NCBI GenBank assembly: GCA_015065005.1 | Contig: SVRE01000004.1 | Coordinates: 1,922-65,921 of the forward strand | DNA from: Oscillospiraceae bacterium | GTDB lineage: Bacteria; Bacillota; Clostridia; Oscillospirales; CAG-272 | Length of the DNA: 64,000 bases | Direction: 5' to 3' | Shown here: piece by piece, positions 59,371 through 64,000 of the stretch | Layout of the letters: every line of letters starts with the position of its first letter | Numbering within the stretch: the first letter of the stretch is position 1 | Program-made: the position numbers and the translations under genes | The notes under the pieces: generated by a model | Database searches by the model: none | Seen by the model: only the letters and a program-made list of their open reading frames with translations | Told to the model about the DNA's origin: nothing

Positions 59371-59379
59371 GGGGCTTTT

Positions 59380-60516
59380 ATGATATATTTTGATAATGCT
59401 GCAACAACCTTTCCTAAGCCGGCGTGCGTAACTGAAGAAATCACAAAGTGTATTAAGAAATATTGTGGAAATCCGGGCAGAAGCTCGCACGCGCTATCAA
59501 TTAAAAGTGCAGAAAAAATTTTTGAAGCAAGAATGCTTTTAGCGGAGCTTTTTGATGGAGAAGCTGAAAACGTAGTATTCACGTACAATACAACCTACGC
59601 TCTTAACATAGCCATTAAAGGTTATTTGAAGCTTTCTTCACACATTTTGATTAGTGATATTGAGCATAATTCTGTTTTGCGACCGATTAATGAGTTGGCA
59701 AGACAAAAGCTATGTACCTATGATATATTCAACACAAACGGAAGTGATGAAGAAATAATAGGCAATATAAAGAAAATGATTAAGCCGGAAACAAGTATGC
59801 TCGTTTGTACCCATGCTTCCAACATATGTTCACGTAAGTTACCAATTGAAAAAATCGGATTACTATGTAAAGAACACAAAATATTCTTTATTGTTGACGG
59901 TGCACAAAGTGCCGGACTTTATGATATAAACGTAAAAAGCATGAACATTGATGCACTGTGCTTACCTGCACACAAATCATTATACGGCCCGCAAGGGATA
60001 GGTGCTATTATATTTGGCTCAGACAAAGTCGGTAAAAGTATTATTGAGGGTGGCACCGGTATTAATTCCTTGGAGCTGTCCATGCCTAATATTTTACCGG
60101 AAGCATATGAGGCTGGTACATTATCAACCCCATCAATTGCGGGCCTTTGTGGCTCGTTAAAGTGGCTGAAGGCGATAGAAATTGAAAAAATTCGTAATTA
60201 TGAAGAAGATTTATATCAATATCTGATTAAAAATTTAAATGAAAACGATGCATTAGAAATATATAAAGGAAGCGACTCTCCCGGTAACACTTTAATTTTC
60301 AATGTAAAGGGTCTATCCTCAGTTTACGTTAGCAGTGAGCTTGATAAGCGTGGCATTTGCACCAGAAGTGGATTACATTGTGCTCCTTTAGCTCACAGAA
60401 CATTAAAAACGCCCATCGATGGTGCTGTACGTATTGGGTTGAGTGTCTTTAATACTAAAAACGAAATTAACATATTATTGAATGCTTTAGAAGATATAAT
60501 TAAAGAAAAGAAATAG
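59380..60516 (+). CDS. Cysteine desulfurase-family class V aminotransferase
   Basis: 378 aa with PLP lysine context AHKSLYGPQG and C-terminal RSGLHCAP. Confidence 0.88.
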   Translation: MIYFDNAATTFPKPACVTEEITKCIKKYCGNPGRSSHALSIKSAEKIFEARMLLAELFDGEAENVVFTYNTTYALNIAIKGYLKLSSHILISDIEHNSVLRPINELARQKLCTYDIFNTNGSDEEIIGNIKKMIKPETSMLVCTHASNICSRKLPIEKIGLLCKEHKIFFIVDGAQSAGLYDINVKSMNIDALCLPAHKSLYGPQGIGAIIFGSDKVGKSIIEGGTGINSLELSMPNILPEAYEAGTLSTPSIAGLCGSLKWLKAIEIEKIRNYEEDLYQYLIKNLNENDALEIYKGSDSPGNTLIFNVKGLSSVYVSSELDKRGICTRSGLHCAPLAHRTLKTPIDGAVRIGLSVFNTKNEINILLNALEDIIKEKK

Positions 60517-60539
60517 GCTGTCAGTTATACAGCCTATTT
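60511..60539. terminator. Bidirectional hairpin containing the stop codons of both convergent genes
   Basis: AAATAGGCTGT-cagttat-ACAGCCTATTT. TAG 60514-60516 (+) and TCA 60521-60523 (TGA on -) lie within it. Confidence 0.7.
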
Positions 60540-61036
60540 CTTTTAGAGAGTTTAACAAAAATGATTTTTTGATAAAGCAAAAGCAATGCAACAAATATAA
60601 GTGAACCAAGAAGTGCTCCTGCAGAATCAATTAAAACATCAGTTATCTGAGGTCCGCGTCCTTCTGCAAAATTTTGATGCAGCTCATCGGTGGTTGCATA
60701 CAATGAGCACATAATGACAGCATATACTGAATTCTGCCAAAGCTTGATTCTGAAGCTCTTTTCAAAAGCGTTTAACATACAAAATCCTAATAGCATATAT
60801 ATCCCAAAATGTGCCAATTTTCGAATTGGTAAATGGTATTCGGCGATTACAGGCGGAGTGATTTCCTCTTTTTCCATAAATATATCCAACACCTGCACAA
60901 CAACACCCTTGCTTGTTTCGGTTGACTCAGTTGCAGTTTCAGCAGAAAAGTTAAATATAATTATCATTGTTAATGCAACCAAGAACCAAGAAATAATAAT
61001 TGATACAGTTTTATTCATCCAGCAGCTCCTCGACAC
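60521..61036 (-). CDS. VanZ-family membrane protein
   Basis: About 170 aa with 4-5 TM segments and motifs KLAHFGIYMLLG and DELHQ. The start may be the internal MNKTVS at 61018. Confidence 0.8.
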   Translation of the reverse strand: MSRSCWMNKTVSIIISWFLVALTMIIIFNFSAETATESTETSKGVVVQVLDIFMEKEEITPPVIAEYHLPIRKLAHFGIYMLLGFCMLNAFEKSFRIKLWQNSVYAVIMCSLYATTDELHQNFAEGRGPQITDVLIDSAGALLGSLIFVALLLLYQKIIFVKLSKRNRLYN

Positions 61037-61661
61037 TTATATCCTTACTCGACTTAAAAAATGCGGTGCCAAGTACAAAAATATTTGCTCCTGCTTCATT
61101 CACCAACTTAATTGTCTCACTATTTATGCCACCATCTACTTCAATGTCTATATCGGCATTGATATTTCTAATAGCAATAACCTTATCGACCATTTGATGC
61201 ATAAAGCTTTGACCGCCAAATCCCGGCTCAACTGTCATAACCAAAACCATATCAATGTATTGAAGATACGGAACGATTTCAGTATATTGTGTGTTTGGTT
61301 TAATAGATATACCAACTTTTTTGCCCTTAGAATGAATAAAATCACAAGCGCTGATAATTTCTTCGCGATTCAGGGCTTCTAAATGAAAAGTAATAATATC
61401 TGCTCCGCAGTCAATACAGGCCTGCAAGTATTTGTCTGGCTGAGTGATCATAAGATGTACATCAAGAATTAAATCGGTACATTTCCTGACAGCAGAAATA
61501 ATTGGCATACCAAAGCTAATATTTGGAACAAACACTCCGTCCATAATATCAATATGAACGTATTTTGAGCCGGATGCTTCGATTTTTTTAATTTCATTCC
61601 CCAAATTAAGCAAATCAGCAGCTAAAATTGAAGGTGAAAGAGTTTTCATATTGTACCTCAC
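61011..61661 (-). CDS. rpe: Ribulose-phosphate 3-epimerase
   Basis: HIDIMDGVFVPN, DVHLM and VMTVEPGFGGQ motifs. Confidence 0.95.
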   Translation of the reverse strand: MRYNMKTLSPSILAADLLNLGNEIKKIEASGSKYVHIDIMDGVFVPNISFGMPIISAVRKCTDLILDVHLMITQPDKYLQACIDCGADIITFHLEALNREEIISACDFIHSKGKKVGISIKPNTQYTEIVPYLQYIDMVLVMTVEPGFGGQSFMHQMVDKVIAIRNINADIDIEVDGGINSETIKLVNEAGANIFVLGTAFFKSSKDISVEELLDE

Positions 61662-61782
61662 ATGTCAAATTTAAGAAAACTGTGTCAAAAAACACAGATT
61701 TTCATAGAATAATATAGAGTTAACTCTATAAGAATAAAGGTGTAAGAAAGATTGATAAATTTCAAGATGTGTGGAGCGAGAC

Positions 61783-62259
61783 TTACACCTTTTTCTTTAA
61801 AAGACAAACGCTATGCGCGCTTATTCCCTCTCCGCGACCGGTAAAGCCAAGCTTTTCTTCAGTAGTTGCTTTTACATTTATAAGGTCAATATCAATGCTA
61901 AGAGCATCTGCTAAATTCTTCCTCATAGCCATTATATGCATCATCATTTTAGGTGCTTGGGCAATAATTGTGGAATCAATATTTTCTATGTCATATCCTA
62001 CGCTTAATATGATTTTTTTGACCTCAGTCAACAAAATCATGCTACTGATATTTTTGAACCTGTTGTCATTATCGGGGAAAAAATATCCAATGTCTCTCTG
62101 TCCTGCTGCTCCAAGCAAGGAATCAGCAATTGCATGAGCAAGAACATCTCCGTCAGAATGCGCTAAAAGCCCTTTACTAAAGGGAATTTTTTCTCCACCT
62201 ATAGTAATTGAATCACCATCACAAAAACGATGCACATCATATCCGTGGCCGATTCTCAT
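61783..62259 (-). CDS. ispF: 2-C-methyl-D-erythritol 2,4-cyclodiphosphate synthase
   Basis: [13 protein letters not shown]-terminus and [10 protein letters not shown] motif. Confidence 0.96.
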   Translation of the reverse strand: MRIGHGYDVHRFCDGDSITIGGEKIPFSKGLLAHSDGDVLAHAIADSLLGAAGQRDIGYFFPDNDNRFKNISSMILLTEVKKIILSVGYDIENIDSTIIAQAPKMMMHIMAMRKNLADALSIDIDLINVKATTEEKLGFTGRGEGISAHSVCLLKKKV

Positions 62260-63002
62260 TGTTCCTCACCTCTTGATGCCAAAATCTGCTCTGCTAAGAT
62301 TATGTCATCCTTAACAGTGATTTTTATATTCTCCTTGCCTGTTTCTACAAGCTTAACCTTAAATCCTGATGCCTCAGCAAGCATGCAATCATCAGTAGCT
62401 TCTATACCTTTTTCCTTTGCGTTATATGCGCTTACCATATAAAGCTTTTTTTCAAAAACCTGAGGTGTTTGCACACTCCACATATTACTTCTGTCAACGG
62501 TTTTAGAAATAAACCCGTTTTTATCAGCAAGCTTTAATGTATCTGTTATCCTTGTAGCTGCAGCGGCAGCATTGTGTTGATCCGCCTCATTTATCACTTT
62601 GTTAATAATTTCAGGAGTTACAAGACATCTTGCACCATCGTGAATAGCAACAAATTTTGAATTTTCATCAACGTGCTTGAAGCCCCTTAATGCGGAGCTT
62701 TGCCTTGTATCACCGCCTATTACGATGCACTTTACTTTTTTAAGTCCGTTTTTACATACAATATCCTTGTAGCTGTTGGCATCTTCTTTTCTAACAACTA
62801 AAATTATTTCACAAATATCATCAGTTTCCTCAAACGTCTTCAATGTCCGCAAGATAACCGGGACACCGTTAACAAGCGCCATTTGCTTGTTTTCCTTACC
62901 TTTTGAAAATCTTGTAGATTCACCAGCACATAAAATTATTGCAGAGGTCTTACCACGACGAATATCCTTTATTGAACCTGCTATTTTAGAAAATATTTTA
63001 AA
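62256..63002 (-). CDS. ispD: 2-C-methyl-D-erythritol 4-phosphate cytidylyltransferase
   Basis: [13 protein letters not shown]-loop-like motif. Start chosen at MFKIFSK after AAGGAGG. 4-nt overlap with ispF. Confidence 0.92.
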   Translation of the reverse strand, partial: FKIFSKIAGSIKDIRRGKTSAIILCAGESTRFSKGKENKQMALVNGVPVILRTLKTFEETDDICEIILVVRKEDANSYKDIVCKNGLKKVKCIVIGGDTRQSSALRGFKHVDENSKFVAIHDGARCLVTPEIINKVINEADQHNAAAAATRITDTLKLADKNGFISKTVDRSNMWSVQTPQVFEKKLYMVSAYNAKEKGIEATDDCMLAEASGFKVKLVETGKENIKITVKDDIILAEQILASRGEEQ

Positions 63003-63085
63003 CATATTTCGACCTCCTTTACAGTTTGTTTCTAACATAAGTATTATATCATACTCTTGCTTAAAAATAAATAGAAAATTAAAAA

Positions 63086-63157
63086 AGAACCTATAAAAGG
63101 TTCTGTTTTTTTAAGATTTGGGCTTTCAGTGGAAAATCCATCAAATTTTCCACTGAA
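63086..63157 (-). terminator. Tandem hairpins downstream of the BlaI-like gene. The second (63086-63104) is a canonical terminator.
   Basis: 13-bp stem TTCAGTGGAAAAT/ATTTTCCACTGAA (63125-63157) has no T tract. AGAACC-tataaa-GGTTCT is flanked by T runs on the minus strand. Confidence 0.65.
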
Positions 63158-63184
63158 AAAACAAAATCAATTCATCGGAGCACA

Positions 63185-63562
63185 TCAATACTGCTGTTGA
63201 AACCACTTTTTCATTTCATCAAGCTCATCAGAAGATTCTGACAAATCACCATAAACAACATCTATCATCTTTACTAAGGATCCGCAGTGATACCTTTCAA
63301 TAAAATCAAGAGTCACATTTTTTATGTATTCATCCTTATTGGCATCAGCATAGTACTGCCTTTCTTTCCCCTTTTTTTCAGAATGGATAAATCCCTTCTC
63401 TTCTAATCTGGAAAGGAAAGAAATTAACGTAGGTGCTTTCCACCCCTTGTGCTTCCCGACATTTTCCATAAGATAAGCAGTATTAACCGGTGAAACCTTA
63501 CAGTCCCAGAGCGCGACCATCACATCGAACTCAGCTTCCGGCAACTTTCTTATATTGTCCAT
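63185..63562 (-). CDS. BlaI/MecI/CopY-family winged-helix repressor
   Basis: 125 aa with LPEAEFDVMVALW and TLISFLSRLEEKGFI wHTH, typical of penicillinase-repressor family proteins. Confidence 0.85.
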   Translation of the reverse strand: MDNIRKLPEAEFDVMVALWDCKVSPVNTAYLMENVGKHKGWKAPTLISFLSRLEEKGFIHSEKKGKERQYYADANKDEYIKNVTLDFIERYHCGSLVKMIDVVYGDLSESSDELDEMKKWFQQQY

Positions 63563-63596
63563 GTCTGTTTCCCTTTCTTATTTGTGACGCTTTTAT

Positions 63597-63625
63597 ATTA
63601 TACACTTGTCTAATTTGTTTGTCAA
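63597..63625 (-). promoter_or_regulatory. Consensus sigma-A promoter with an overlapping TACAnnTGT-type operator
   Basis: On the minus strand: TTGACA, a 17-nt spacer, then TATAAT. TACACTTGTC (63601-63610) overlaps the spacer and -10. Confidence 0.65.
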
Positions 63626-63653
63626 CAGAATTTTACAAAAAATTTCATAAAAA

Positions 63654-63677
63654 AACGCTGTTTTGAAAAACAGCGTT
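63654..63677 (-). terminator. Intrinsic terminator of the ACP gene
   Basis: AACGCTGTT/AACAGCGTT stem followed by a T run on the minus strand. Confidence 0.75.
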
Positions 63678-63703
63678 AGGAGTGTATGATTTTTAAAATA
63701 AAA

Positions 63704-63928
63704 TTATGCATAATTCTTCAAGATAATCTGCTCAATATCCTTTGGAGTACGAAGTTCAACTATCTCATCATCCTCAAATTTAACATTAAAACTATACTCT
63801 ACATCCATTACAATATTAATTACATCCAACGAATCGATATCAAAATCCAAAAGGTTTGTATCAGCATTTATTACGGAAGAAGGAATTCCGGTTCTGTTAG
63901 CTACAATATCAATAATCTTGTCAATCAT
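63704..63928 (-). CDS. Acyl carrier protein-like (phosphopantetheine attachment DSL motif)
   Basis: 74 aa with LDFDIDSLDVINIVMDVE. The upstream partner genes lie beyond the window edge. Confidence 0.8.
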   Translation of the reverse strand: MIDKIIDIVANRTGIPSSVINADTNLLDFDIDSLDVINIVMDVEYSFNVKFEDDEIVELRTPKDIEQIILKNYA

Positions 63929-64000
63929 TTTCTGCTCCTTAGGGGCTAATACTTTATTGATTAATTATACACCATAATTACGATATTTTCAAGTTATTAA

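Noticed and set aside
1-64000. Scan for tRNA, rRNA, tmRNA, RNase P and SRP RNA, mobile elements (transposase, integrase, inverted repeats) and prophage or defence genes.
   Set aside because: None recognised by eye. All ORFs over about 120 aa are accounted for by housekeeping or transport functions, apart from the hypotheticals listed. A tRNAscan/Infernal run would be needed to exclude small RNAs formally.

Overview
AT-rich chromosomal segment from an endospore-forming Clostridia-class Firmicute (spoIIID, yqfC/yqfD, a ylbJ-like gene and whiA are present). It is almost entirely core housekeeping. The + strand carries smc-ftsY-rdgB-yhbY-nadD-yqeK-rsfS-leuS, rpsU (missed by the ORF track because it is 58 aa), nusB, xseA-xseB-ispA-tlyA-argR-recN, murB-whiA-dnaE, a class A PBP, a D-Ala-D-Ala carboxypeptidase and pgi. 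Further on the + strand are galE-galM, spoIIID, ylxM-ffh-rpsP-KH, manA, mgtE and a DUF3343/cysteine-desulfurase pair. The - strand carries a Crp-regulated ABC importer and a tightly packed rhaB-rhaA-SIS-prs-argS-yebC-lipoprotein string. It also carries mutS2-recO-era-ybeY-phoH-yqfD-yqfC, vanZ-rpe, ispF-ispD, a BlaI/CopY-type repressor and an ACP. I saw no rRNA, tRNA, CRISPR array, transposase or integrase. The one clearly non-core locus lies at about 28.9-31.0 kb, between pgi and the ABC operon. It holds an orphan 135-aa mini P-loop protein with its own promoter, followed without a terminator by about 600 nt lacking any real ORF. That stretch contains a striking array of Shine-Dalgarno/start-codon modules and diverged ~97-nt tandem repeats, and it ends in a strong intrinsic terminator. 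Next comes a 283-aa cysteine-rich protein (with a CCCCCC run) behind a sigma-K-like promoter. I rate the 600-nt RNA candidate and its two flanking genes as the best candidate for something undescribed. Secondary leads are a ~60% G+C structured island upstream of ylxM-ffh, an M-box-less mgtE leader with a 27-codon uORF and an anti-SD element, and two well-defined operator/promoter arrangements. All functional calls rest on motif recognition in the supplied translations. No database search was possible.
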